From an uncultured Bacteroidota bacterium (GTDB lineage: Bacteria > Bacteroidota > Bacteroidia > Bacteroidales > UBA12481): a DNA stretch of 64,000 nucleotides. The translations under genes were made by a program, and so were the position numbers. The stretch is from assembly GCA_903851365.1 (NCBI GenBank), contig CAINOB010000020.1, positions 30,227-94,226 on the forward strand, in the 5' to 3' direction. The notes below the pieces were generated by a model. The model ran no database searches. It saw nothing but the letters and a program-made list of their open reading frames with translations, and was not told the DNA's origin. Numbering within the stretch: the stretch's first letter is position 1; each line of letters opens with the position of its first letter. Below are positions 28,157 to 38,700 of this stretch, in pieces.

Positions 28157-29325
28157 AAAGATTACTAATCGAACCATCGACAAGGATTGAGGGATTGGAA
28201 GAGTACTATTTCTCAACAAAACTTAAGCAGATCCGGGAAATGAACCTGACCGGAGAGACAGTCATCAATCTTGGCATCGGAAGTCCTGACCAGGCACCTG
28301 CAGAAGAAGCCATTGAAGAATTATCGGTTCAGGCACGAGACAAAAATAGTCATGGATACCAGCCTTACCAAGGTCTTCCGGATTTACGTAAAGCTTTTAG
28401 CGGGTGGTATTCCAGATCGTATGGAGTTGAATTAGATCCGGACAGTCAAATTTTACCACTGTTTGGATCAAAAGAAGGGTTAATGCACATAGCCATGTCA
28501 TTTCTTAGCCCTGGAGATGCAGCATTGGTTCCTGATCCAGGCTACCCTGCTTATTCGGCAGTCACCCGACTGGCAGGTGCAAAGGTCATAACTTATCCTC
28601 TATTGCCTGAAAATGGGTGGATGCCCGACCTGAATTTCATAGAATTAATGGGAATTGACAGGGTTAAGGTGATGTGGGTTAATTATCCGCACATGCCGAC
28701 TGGTACCAGGGCAACTAAAGAATTATTCGGAGAATTGGTGGCCTTTGCGATGAATCACAGGATACTGCTGGTAAACGACAATCCTTACAGTTTTATTCTC
28801 AATAATGAGCCGATCAGCCTGTTAGCAGCTCCTGATGCAATAGAAACCTGCCTTGAATTGAATAGCCTGAGCAAATCACATAATATGGCAGGTTGGAGGA
28901 TCGGGATGGTTGCCGGGAGGAAAGAGTATATGGATTATCTGATGAGATTTAAAAGTCAGATGGACTCTGGCATGTTCAGGCCCATGCAGCTTGCAGCTGT
29001 GAAGGCATTGGAAGCCGGACCTGAATGGTACGAGAAAATAAACACTGTTTACCGTGAGCGAAAAGTAGTTGCTCATGCTCTGCTGGATAATCTAAAATGT
29101 ACTTATGATGAGGACCAGGCAGGACTTTTTGTTTGGGCCCGGATTCCATCATCAGAACGTTCAGGGCAAGAATTGGCAGATCGTATCCTCATGGAGAAAA
29201 GGGTTTTTATCACGCCCGGTTTTATTTTCGGACCTCAAGGCGACAAATATATCAGGGTTTCCCTTTGCCAGCCTAAAGAAATAATCGTCAGTGCAATTGA
29301 AAGAATTAACGGAGCATTATTATGA
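28153..29325 (+). CDS. Class I/II PLP aminotransferase (probable aromatic/prephenate aminotransferase)
   Basis: PLP-lysine motif NSLSKSHNMAGWRIG. It overlaps pheA by 4 nt and tyrA by 4 nt. Confidence 0.8.
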   Translation: MKRLLIEPSTRIEGLEEYYFSTKLKQIREMNLTGETVINLGIGSPDQAPAEEAIEELSVQARDKNSHGYQPYQGLPDLRKAFSGWYSRSYGVELDPDSQILPLFGSKEGLMHIAMSFLSPGDAALVPDPGYPAYSAVTRLAGAKVITYPLLPENGWMPDLNFIELMGIDRVKVMWVNYPHMPTGTRATKELFGELVAFAMNHRILLVNDNPYSFILNNEPISLLAAPDAIETCLELNSLSKSHNMAGWRIGMVAGRKEYMDYLMRFKSQMDSGMFRPMQLAAVKALEAGPEWYEKINTVYRERKVVAHALLDNLKCTYDEDQAGLFVWARIPSSERSGQELADRILMEKRVFITPGFIFGPQGDKYIRVSLCQPKEIIVSAIERINGALL

Positions 29326-30182
29326 CAGTTTGTATTATTGGCCTGGGTTTGATCGGTGGATCCATTGGTCTTGAGTTGAAAACCAAGCGTTTTTCTGATC
29401 GTATTATTGGTGTTGAAAAAAATCCGGCATACGCTAAAATCGCGTTAGAAAGAGGATTGGTCGATGAGGTTGCCAAACTGGTTGACGGCATTCAACAATC
29501 CGATCTGATCATTCTGGCCATTCCTGTTGACGGAATTCTTTCCTTATTGCCATTCATTTTGGATTATGTTACCCATCAAACGGTTACCGATGTCGGATCA
29601 ACCAAAATGAGTATTACCGAGATGGTGAGGAACCATCCGAAACGTTCAAATTACGTTCCATCCCATCCTATGTCGGGTACGGAATTCTCAGGGCCAGAGG
29701 CAGCGATTTCAGGATTGTTCAACAAAAAAGTCGGCATTATCTGCGATATGGCACTCAGCAATCCAAAAGCGCTCGAGATGATAACGAATTTATATATGGC
29801 CCTTAATATGAGGCTCATTTTCATGAGTTCAAAAGAGCATGATTTGCATACCGCCTATGTTTCTCATATCTCGCATCTTACGTCCTTTGCACTCGCATTG
29901 ACGGTTCTGGATAAGGAACAGAATGAAAAAAATATTCTGAACCTCGCATCCGGAGGTTTTGACAGTACAGTCAGGCTTGCAGCATCATCAGCAGAAATGT
30001 GGGTACCGGTTTTCGATCAAAACAGAGAAAATGTTGTAGAGGTGATGGACACGTATATTGAAAAGATGACTCAATTTAAAGATTTAATTCAAGCCGGAGA
30101 GACTAATAAAGTCAGGGACCTGATAAAAAAAGCCAACATTATTCAAAAAACATTAAACTTGAACCCATGGAATCAAAAATAG
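29322..30182 (+). CDS. tyrA: Prephenate dehydrogenase
   Basis: VCIIGLGLIGGSIGLELK Rossmann motif and the SHPMSG motif. Confidence 0.85.
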   Translation: MTVCIIGLGLIGGSIGLELKTKRFSDRIIGVEKNPAYAKIALERGLVDEVAKLVDGIQQSDLIILAIPVDGILSLLPFILDYVTHQTVTDVGSTKMSITEMVRNHPKRSNYVPSHPMSGTEFSGPEAAISGLFNKKVGIICDMALSNPKALEMITNLYMALNMRLIFMSSKEHDLHTAYVSHISHLTSFALALTVLDKEQNEKNILNLASGGFDSTVRLAASSAEMWVPVFDQNRENVVEVMDTYIEKMTQFKDLIQAGETNKVRDLIKKANIIQKTLNLNPWNQK

Positions 30183-31255
30183 CTTCAACAACATTTGCCG
30201 GTTGGGGATTCGATGCAACCAGGCCTTTAGTAATTGCCGGACCCTGTTCCGCAGAAACTGAGGAACAGGTTCTGGATACTGCCAGACGACTAAAATCAAC
30301 ACGTACGCAAGTATATCGTGCAGGAATCTGGAAACCGCGCACCCGGCCAAATTCCTTTGAAGGAGTCGGAGTAAAAGGATTGAAATGGCTCAAAATGGTG
30401 AAAGAGGAAACGGGTTTGCTTACCACAACGGAAGTAGCAAACGCCCAGCACGCCTATGAAGCTTTAAAATATGGGGTTGATATACTATGGATCGGGGCCA
30501 GGACCACCGTCAATCCATTTACAATCCAGGAGATTGCTGATGCGCTAAGTGGCGTGGATATACCTGTATGTGTTAAAAATCCCGTGAACCCGGATGTGGA
30601 CTTGTGGATCGGATCGATCGAACGATTGCAAAAGGTTGGGATAAACAGGATAGCTGCCGTTCACCGGGGATTCTCAAGTTTCTCTGAAAATCGTTATAGG
30701 AATGCACCTAACTGGCAGATTCCTATCGAATTAAAAAGAAGAAGACCAGATTTACCAATGATTTGTGATCCCAGTCATATATCCGGCCGCAGAAATTTAC
30801 TTTTAGAGGTTTCGCAAAAGGCGATGGACCTAAACTTTGACGGGTTGATGATTGAAACACATCCCGATCCGGACAATGCCTGGTCGGATGCGAAACAGCA
30901 AATTACACCTGAGGAACTGGGTATCCTCCTTGACCAGCTTATTCTTCGAAAAACCGATCCGGGCAGTGAAGGTTTTATTCACCAGCTTGAGGCACTTCGT
31001 TGTGAGATTGACCGACTCGACCAGGAGCTTATGAATATTCTTGAAGACAGGATGAAAGTTGCCGCCGGTATCGGACAATGCAAAAAAGATAATGGCGTAA
31101 CGATTCTCCAACCTGCCCGGTGGGATCAGATCATATCGAAATATCTGGCTGTTGGCCAAACAAAAGGGTTCTCTGAGGAATTCATAAGGAAGGTATTCAT
31201 GGCCATTCACCAGGAGTCCATCAACACGCAGACTAAGATCATGAACGAAGAATAA
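30167..31255 (+). CDS. Bifunctional 3-deoxy-7-phosphoheptulonate (DAHP) synthase / chorismate mutase type II
   Basis: KDO8PS-like type I-beta DAHPS motifs VIAGPCSAE and ICDPSH. The C-terminal AroQ-like helix region is LEALRCEIDRLDQELMNILEDRMKVAAGIGQCK. Confidence 0.85.
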   Translation: MESKIASTTFAGWGFDATRPLVIAGPCSAETEEQVLDTARRLKSTRTQVYRAGIWKPRTRPNSFEGVGVKGLKWLKMVKEETGLLTTTEVANAQHAYEALKYGVDILWIGARTTVNPFTIQEIADALSGVDIPVCVKNPVNPDVDLWIGSIERLQKVGINRIAAVHRGFSSFSENRYRNAPNWQIPIELKRRRPDLPMICDPSHISGRRNLLLEVSQKAMDLNFDGLMIETHPDPDNAWSDAKQQITPEELGILLDQLILRKTDPGSEGFIHQLEALRCEIDRLDQELMNILEDRMKVAAGIGQCKKDNGVTILQPARWDQIISKYLAVGQTKGFSEEFIRKVFMAIHQESINTQTKIMNEE

Positions 31256-31320
31256 TGTGCAAATGTGCTAATGAGGTAATATGCTAATAAAAGTAAATTA
31301 GAGGATTTAAGGGAAAGATT

Positions 31321-32574
31321 ATGCAGATAACGGTTCAGCGATCGAGGATCTCCGGGAGAGTTGCAGCACCACCTTCAAAGAGTTACGCCCAGCGTGCTCT
31401 TGCCGGCGCTCTGCTGGCCAAGGGAACAACCACCATCTTTAATCCCTCTCGTAGCGATGATGCTCAGGCCGCCTTAAGAATCATTCAGCAATTGGGAGCT
31501 GCTATTGAAGATCTTGGTGACCGGCTGATCATTAAAGGAGGGTTTAGTCCAAAGGGTCAAAAGCTGGATTGCGGTGAGGCTGGGCTCAGCTTGCGCATGT
31601 TTTCACCGATTGCCGCCCTGGCTGATCAAACCATGCTGATGAATGGCGCCGGGTCGCTTTTAAAAAGACCGGTTCAAATGATCAATGATGCGTTGAATCA
31701 ACTCGGGTGCCGCTGCCAATCTCAGGATGGATTTTTACCTGTCTGGATAAAAGGACCTTTAAAGAGCGGAAAGGCGACTATTGACGGCTCCATCTCGTCA
31801 CAGCTACTTACCGGCATGCTCATGGCATTACCGGTGGTTAAAGGGGATTCGGAGATTTCTGTATCCAACCTTCAGAGCCTTCCATATATTGATATGACTA
31901 TCAATATGTTAAAGCAGTTTGGTATTTCTGTTGAAAATCGTCATTATGAATCATTCCGAATCTCAGGAAAGCAGAAATACAAGCCTGCAACATTGACTGT
32001 TGAAGGAGATTGGAGCGGAGCATCCTTTCTGCTTGTTGCCGGAGCTCTGGGTGGTGAAATTACTGTCGACGGATTGCAAGCAGATTCGCTGCAGGCTGAC
32101 CGGCAGATTCTGAAAGCCCTAGGTTTTGCCGGTGCTCGTATTGAAACCAGCGATAATCAGGTTACAGTTGGCAGAAATGAACTCAGGGCTTTTGATTTTG
32201 ATGCTACGCATTGCCCTGATTTATTTCCCCCATTGGTGGCATTGGCTGCTCATTGCAATGGAGTGAGCCGTATTGAAGGAGTTGGCAGGCTGGTCCATAA
32301 GGAAAGTAACAGGGCTAAGGTTTTACAGGAGGAGTTTTATAAATTAGGCATATCCATTCGTATTGAAGGAGGAAATCTTTATGTCGCCGGGTCGTCGGTG
32401 ATGAAAAATGGAGAAGTTGATTCACACGGTGACCATAGGATCGCGATGGCCGCAGCAACGGTAGCAACGATCTCAAGAACGCCGGTAAGAATAGCAGGTG
32501 CCGAATGTGTCGCAAAATCATATCCCGGATTTTACCAGGATATAAAATCTGTTGGAGGAAGGATAGATGAATAG
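31321..32574 (+). CDS. aroA: 3-phosphoshikimate 1-carboxyvinyltransferase (EPSP synthase)
   Basis: 417 aa with PPSKSYAQRAL (Lys-Ser-x-x-x-R motif) and the C-terminal DHRIAMAAA motif. Confidence 0.85.
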   Translation: MQITVQRSRISGRVAAPPSKSYAQRALAGALLAKGTTTIFNPSRSDDAQAALRIIQQLGAAIEDLGDRLIIKGGFSPKGQKLDCGEAGLSLRMFSPIAALADQTMLMNGAGSLLKRPVQMINDALNQLGCRCQSQDGFLPVWIKGPLKSGKATIDGSISSQLLTGMLMALPVVKGDSEISVSNLQSLPYIDMTINMLKQFGISVENRHYESFRISGKQKYKPATLTVEGDWSGASFLLVAGALGGEITVDGLQADSLQADRQILKALGFAGARIETSDNQVTVGRNELRAFDFDATHCPDLFPPLVALAAHCNGVSRIEGVGRLVHKESNRAKVLQEEFYKLGISIRIEGGNLYVAGSSVMKNGEVDSHGDHRIAMAAATVATISRTPVRIAGAECVAKSYPGFYQDIKSVGGRIDE

Positions 32575-33523
32575 TTTCGGTAAAAATTTCAGGGTCAGTA
32601 TTTTTGGAGAGTCTCATGGAACATTGCTCGGAATCACGATTGATGGCTGTAAACCGGGAATCTCCATTTCGGAGCAGGATTTCATGGAGGATATTCGTCG
32701 GAGGCAGCCAGGAGGAACCGGTACCACCCCTCGTGTTGAAACGGATTTACCAAAAATTGTTTCCGGGTGGTTTAACGGTTTTACGACAGGCGCTCCATTG
32801 ACCATAGTTTTTGAGAATCAAAATACAAAATCAGGTGATTATGATCACCTTCGAAAGCAGCCAAGGCCCGGTCATGCCGATTGGGTAGCCATGATGAAAT
32901 TCAATGGATTCAATGATCATCGTGGCGGCGGACATTTCAGCGGCAGGTTGACGCTTGCCCTGGTAGCTGCAGGAGTGGTTGCAAAAAAGATGATCGGATC
33001 CATCAAGGTTTCCGCTAAGCTTATTGAGGCCGGCGGCAATAGAGACATTGAGGCGGCTATAGCCAAGGCTGTGGAAGAGAAAGACTCCATCGGGGGTATC
33101 ATCGAATGTGTAGCTTCTTCTTTACCGATCGGTCTAGGCGAGCCTTTTTTTGATTCTGTGGAATCGATGCTTGCACATGCCGCTTTTGCCATACCTGCCA
33201 TAAAGGGGATTGAGTTTGGAAGCGGTTTCAGTGCAGCTAAGATGAAGGGCAGCCAGCATAATGACCGGATAATATCAAAAGAAGGTATGACCGACACTAA
33301 CAATGCGGGTGGTATTAACGGGGGCCTAACCAATGGCAATGACCTGATTTTCAGGGTTGCAGTTAAACCTACATCCAGTACATCCCAGCCTCAGCAGACG
33401 TTAAATTTAGAGAGTGGAAAGGTGGAGGAGTTGGTCATTGGTGGCAGGCACGACACTTGTATTGCGCTGAGAGTTCCTGTTGTACTTGAGGCTATTACAG
33501 CAATTGTGCTGGCCGGATTTTAA
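32567..33523 (+). CDS. aroC: Chorismate synthase (compact 318-aa form)
   Basis: Motifs FGESHG, RPGHADW, GGGHFSGR and KPTSS...GRHD. It overlaps aroA by 8 nt. Confidence 0.9.
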   Translation: MNSFGKNFRVSIFGESHGTLLGITIDGCKPGISISEQDFMEDIRRRQPGGTGTTPRVETDLPKIVSGWFNGFTTGAPLTIVFENQNTKSGDYDHLRKQPRPGHADWVAMMKFNGFNDHRGGGHFSGRLTLALVAAGVVAKKMIGSIKVSAKLIEAGGNRDIEAAIAKAVEEKDSIGGIIECVASSLPIGLGEPFFDSVESMLAHAAFAIPAIKGIEFGSGFSAAKMKGSQHNDRIISKEGMTDTNNAGGINGGLTNGNDLIFRVAVKPTSSTSQPQQTLNLESGKVEELVIGGRHDTCIALRVPVVLEAITAIVLAGF

Positions 33524-33573
33524 TCAGCAGAATTTTGTATTTTGGGAGGAAAATAAACCATCATACAAAATTT

Positions 33574-34770
33574 ATGAAATCTTTCGATCCCGCTTCCAAT
33601 ATCCAAGATCTTCTGCAGTTTGGCGAATATGGCGATGTTAACCCATCGATCACCGACAGTGCAACATTTACTTTTATGCAGGCAAAAACCATGGCTGACA
33701 CCTTCCATGGTGAAACACAGGGTTGCTTTTTATATTCCCGTCACTGGAATCCCAGCAACAAATATCTTTCCGATGCCCTGGCTGCGATGGAAGGCACTGA
33801 GGCTGCATGGGTGACGGCTTCGGGAATGAGCGCTATAACCTGCGCCCTTCTTCATGGTATCTCTACTGGTGACCACATCGTTGCGAGTGTCACTTCTTAT
33901 GGCGGAACTTTTGCTTTTCTAAGTAATTGGATAAAAAAATTCAAGGTTGAGGTTTCCTTTGTCAACATAACCAACCTGGATTCGGTTAAAAAAGCCATAA
34001 AACCGAATACGAAGCTGATATACACGGAGACCATGACAAATCCGATGCTTCAGATTTCAGATATTCCTGCGCTATCAAAAATCGCTCATGAGAATGGAGC
34101 AAAACTGATTGTTGACAATACTTTTTCACCGATGATAGTTTCGCCATGTCGTCATGGAGCGGATATTACCGTATACAGTATGACAAAGTTTATCAATGGG
34201 AAAAACGACTGTGTTGCCGGTGCCATTTGTTCCACAGCAGAATATATCAGTTCACTTATCGATGTCAATAATGGTACGGCAATGTTGCTCGGACCAGTAC
34301 TTGACCCGATGCGATCCTCATCAATCCTGAAGAACTTGCATACTCTTCATATCAGGATGAAGCAGCACAGTTTCAATGCTCAATACCTTGCAGAAAAATT
34401 CAAGACAATCGGATTAAATTTCAATTATCCGGGAGTACCTGAACATCCGGGCCATGAGTTATTAAAGTCGATGATGAATCCCGGGTTCGGTTTCGGCGGT
34501 ATGATTGCAATCGACCTGATATCAGCTGAAAAGGCGAGCAAGGTGATGGAAGCAATGGAAAGAAAAGGGGTTGGTTATCTGGCTGTCAGCCTTGGGTATT
34601 TTAAAACTCTTTTCAGCAACTCTGGGAAAAGCACTTCCTCTGAAATACCTGATGAGATACAGCACGAGATGGGATTATCAGAAGGGTTGATCCGCTTTTC
34701 AGTTGGACTCGACAATGATATTGAAAGGACATTTGAATTGATTAAAGAATCGTTGAAGGAGTCTGAATAG
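33574..34770 (+). CDS. Cys/Met-metabolism PLP-dependent enzyme (methionine gamma-lyase / sulfhydrylase family)
   Basis: PLP-lysine motif YSMTKFINGKND, and YSRHWNPS in place of the usual YSRxGNPT. ATG at 33574 is preferred over the TTG at 33535. Confidence 0.7.
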   Translation: MKSFDPASNIQDLLQFGEYGDVNPSITDSATFTFMQAKTMADTFHGETQGCFLYSRHWNPSNKYLSDALAAMEGTEAAWVTASGMSAITCALLHGISTGDHIVASVTSYGGTFAFLSNWIKKFKVEVSFVNITNLDSVKKAIKPNTKLIYTETMTNPMLQISDIPALSKIAHENGAKLIVDNTFSPMIVSPCRHGADITVYSMTKFINGKNDCVAGAICSTAEYISSLIDVNNGTAMLLGPVLDPMRSSSILKNLHTLHIRMKQHSFNAQYLAEKFKTIGLNFNYPGVPEHPGHELLKSMMNPGFGFGGMIAIDLISAEKASKVMEAMERKGVGYLAVSLGYFKTLFSNSGKSTSSEIPDEIQHEMGLSEGLIRFSVGLDNDIERTFELIKESLKESE

Positions 34771-34806
34771 TTTTGTAACTTATCGACTGAATTAAACTTT
34801 ACTGCC

Positions 34807-35646
34807 ATGATCAGAAAAATAGAAAGCACTTTAGGAAGTACTCCTGTATTAGAGGGAGCCGGAGTGAAATTACAACGCGTTTTTGGTTATCCGCGCAAAG
34901 GATGGTTAGATCCCTTCCTGATGATGGATCATTTTGGATCTGATAATCCAGACGATTATATGGCAGGATTTCCATGGCATCCGCACCGGGGAATTGAAAC
35001 CGTTACTTACATGATTTCCGGTGAGGTTGCACATGAAGATAGCATGGGAAACAAAGGCATTATAAAATCAGGTGAAATCCAGTGGATGACAGCAGGAGGA
35101 GGCATATTACATCAGGAGATGCCCCGAAAGTTTAATGGGTTAATGAGTGGATTTCAACTGTGGGTAAATCTACCTGCTTCTCACAAGATGATGGCGCCGA
35201 GATATCAGGATATTTCAGCACATCTTATACCCGAATTCGATTGGAAGGGCATCACTATCCGGCTGGCCGCCGGCAAGTTTGGTGAATATACCGGTCCGGT
35301 TAAAGACATCGTAATTAAGCCGCGGTTTATGGACATGACGTTACCTGCAGGGGTTGAGCAGACCTTCGATGTTAACGCTGAGCATACGGTCTTTGCTTAC
35401 GTTTTTGAGGGAGCCGCCTTTTTTGACCTGAAAATGGAGCATCCTGTTGAGGCAGGCACGCTGGTGAAGCTCATCTCAGGTGATCAGGTTTTTATTGCAG
35501 CCACCAAAGCAGGTGCCCGGTTTCTAATGCTGGACGGCAAACCGCTGCACGAGGAGATTGCCTGGAGAGGACCGATTGTTATGAATACCAAAGAAGAACT
35601 TTATCAAGCATTTGAAGATTACCAGACCGGGCACTTCGTGAAGTGA
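34807..35646 (+). CDS. Pirin family protein
   Basis: Bicupin metal motif HPHRGIETVTYMISGEVAHEDSMGN. Confidence 0.85.
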   Translation: MIRKIESTLGSTPVLEGAGVKLQRVFGYPRKGWLDPFLMMDHFGSDNPDDYMAGFPWHPHRGIETVTYMISGEVAHEDSMGNKGIIKSGEIQWMTAGGGILHQEMPRKFNGLMSGFQLWVNLPASHKMMAPRYQDISAHLIPEFDWKGITIRLAAGKFGEYTGPVKDIVIKPRFMDMTLPAGVEQTFDVNAEHTVFAYVFEGAAFFDLKMEHPVEAGTLVKLISGDQVFIAATKAGARFLMLDGKPLHEEIAWRGPIVMNTKEELYQAFEDYQTGHFVK

Positions 35647-35723
35647 GAAGTCATAGATTCGAGGACCAATTTTGAATACCGGGGGTGGAGAATCAAAGTA
35701 TTCAATAAGGTTATTTGTTTCAA

Positions 35724-38700
35724 CTAATAATCTATCCGAATAAATTTTACCTCAAACGGTTTTAAGCTAATCAAATTTAACGGCTGACCGATTTCGTCGC
35801 CGATAATATTGACTTCGACCATCCGCTTTATGGTTCTTCCGGCTATGGCTGAAGAAAGTGTTACCGATCCAGCTACCCCATCAAGTTCGCGAAGATGAAG
35901 TAATACGCTGCCGGCCTTATTAAAATCAGGGCGTGAATTCACCAGCATAATATTCCTTGCACCTTCCATTTTCAGCGTCTGGAAAAGGGGCTCGGTAAGT
36001 TCATTTTTTCCTGCCGGGAAGGTCCTGGTTGGAAAGGGGTTACGCACTCCCCTGGCAAACTGAGCAGCTGCAGTTTCAGTGGTATCCTTTGTCGTAGTCA
36101 TTTGATAGGTCCAGTGAAATGCACCCTCCTGGTAAGCCCTGAAATTCGTGAACCAATAATTGTTCATGACCCAGGAATAGAGCCACGGTTTGCATGGGGC
36201 CTGATAACGGTCAAATTTTCCAAGGTTGAAGCCACCAAACTGCCATAGCGGGATCTCATCGCTGACCATAACAATTTGCCCATCCGCACTTTTCACGGAC
36301 ACATAATTTTGGGCAACATTCCAATCAGACGAGGAACCTGGCAATTGTTTTCCCTGTGTCATGGAGCCTCCAATAGTTTCAAACACAATTCTTGAACCTG
36401 GCAGGCTAAAAGGGAAAGTAACATATAACCCTTCCGGGTTGGTAAGAATCTCCTTACGGCCGAGGTAATGAAATTCAATCAATTTTGTCTGGTCATACAA
36501 TCTGACTTCCCATTCCAGGCCTTTCGGAGAGGATGTAGAGCCTTTTTCAAAACCATCGATATCAGCAGAGAATTTCACACTTTGCCACAAATCACCTTTG
36601 ACACCGTCTTCCATCACTACGTTTCTCACTGTCGTATGGCTGGTCTCTTTCATGTTATTGCGGTCGGAAAGTGTTTCATGTACAATCTGTCCAATTTTCC
36701 ATGGATTGTCTTTATCGATAAGTTCCTTTTTCAATTCTTTATCAAACAAACTGCTGACAGCGCCAGTTGCAATATCAAAGCTGATGCTATAGTATTGATT
36801 TTCCATTGTTTTTATAGATGGACCCTTTTTGTTAGGCGGGGAATTCTGATTGCCAGCCTCGACTTTAAAGGCTTTCCAGCCCAGGGCAGGAATATCTTCA
36901 ACTTTCAATGCCCAGTAGGAGCCTTCACTTCGGCTTCTGACCAACTGCACCTGAATTTCACGATTTGTCGCCAGATCGATAATTTTAAACTGTTTGCGCG
37001 ATGGGATAATCTGGTTATCGACAAATAGTTCCACAATTCCGGAGCGTTTCCAGCCAAGGGAGTTCATCACATAAATAACCGGGTAAGGCGCCTTTTTGAG
37101 ATAGGTTTGAATACGTCCGAGTGCATCCTCATTAAGCAGTGTTACCTTTTTCAGGGCTTCCCAGGCATAAGCGCCTTTTTGAAGCCACTGTTCGGTTGTA
37201 TTTTCAGAATAAGGCCGGTCAATACTTTCATCTGCACCAACAGTATGCTCGTCGAAGAACAGCGCATTTTCGCTGATATGTTCAATCTTACCTTTCAGAT
37301 CAGCTGAAAGATCCCCACCAAGCATTGAAACCATGGCAAACAATCCTTCGTCGACTTGCTTTAGGTTTTGAGTTTTACGCACCTTGGCAGTCTCCCTGGA
37401 AGTCGAACCAAAACCATCGGTCCACCAATCCAACCAGGCATTTCGATAAACTGGTAAAGTTTCAGAATAGTTCTTCTCAACATATTCCAGGAATTCCGAA
37501 GCTGTTGCCAGCCTTAATTTAGGTGATTCATACTTTTCGTTCCATGCTTTGACAATTTCGCACGCTCCGGTTGATGGTGGTGAATTATCTGTCAGATAGC
37601 CTGAGAACTGAGCGGCAACCCTATCGAAAGGATAGCCTTTATCTTCAAGATTTCTTAAGTATTGGAATATTTTATTCGGATCAAAATTATTGGCATCTGG
37701 TAATCCGAAATTATTTCCGGTCATATAATGATCGCTGCGGTATGCGAGGAGCCTGGATCCGGAGGGAGTTTCCCACCAGAAACAGGTAGGTATCATAAAT
37801 GGCAGGATTGACCGGGTTTCATTAATACCCATAGTCAGGTACTTAACACTAGTATTCCTGAGGTAATCTGGTATACACCATGCCACACCATTTACATCAT
37901 TCTGCATTGTCGTTTTAACAGTTATACCCTGATCTTTAATCTCCTTCAGAGGTTGAAAATAATCGAACATTATATTTTCATCTGCAATTTCTGCCATATT
38001 GAAGTACATGCCCGTAACCTCTATCCTGCCCTCTCCTATTCGCTTTTTGAATCGTTCAATCTGGGATTTCGGGCGGGTTCGTAAATACTCGCGGACCACC
38101 CAGGTGGACTCGCAGGTCCATCGGAATTTTGCATCATCCGGAAGGTTATCGGTCTGGTCGCAATAATCAAGAGCATAATCAATATAACGGAGGTGTTCAG
38201 CAAGAATTTCTGACTGAGGCCTGGTATAACCGATATCAGTATGAGCATGTTGAATCAGATAGATCTCCCACTTTTTTGTTGGCAGCTGAGTACCAGTAAC
38301 TTTTTCCATCAGCCCGGTTTCGTATTTCAACGTGATTTCCAGTTTTTTGGAAGCTTTTACCAAAGGAACCGGAACGAAAAACTGATTATATCCGATTTTT
38401 GTCTGACCGGTCAGGATTTCCTTACCTCCGTATAAAAAAGTAACGCGACAGGGCTCCCGAAACTGGATTTGTGATATCCTGACCTGTTGATACTGTACCC
38501 CTTTATCCCTGGCCAGGATAGAAGTATTGCTTAATGAATTTCCTGATTGCAGTGACTTTTTAAAAACAATGATCCATGCGCTCTTTGTTGTTGGCAGCAG
38601 TGTCACTTTAATGTCGACCGGTTGTTTTTGCTTAACCTTTGATGCCGGTATGGTTAAAATCATAAAACCGTTGATCTCCACCCCGTGAATATTTTTCGAT

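Noticed and set aside
32567-33523. Chorismate synthase is only 318 aa, raising the possibility of truncation or a pseudogene.
   Set aside because: All motifs I know (FGESHG, RPGHAD, GGGxxSGR, KPTSS, GRHD) are present and in order, and the frame is intact. It looks like a compact variant rather than a damaged gene.
35672-35705. Inverted repeat TTGAATAC...GTATTCAA between the convergent pirin and GH38 genes, considered as a terminator.
   Set aside because: The loop is 18 nt, the stem is AT-rich, and there is no flanking T-tract on either strand. That is too weak to call.
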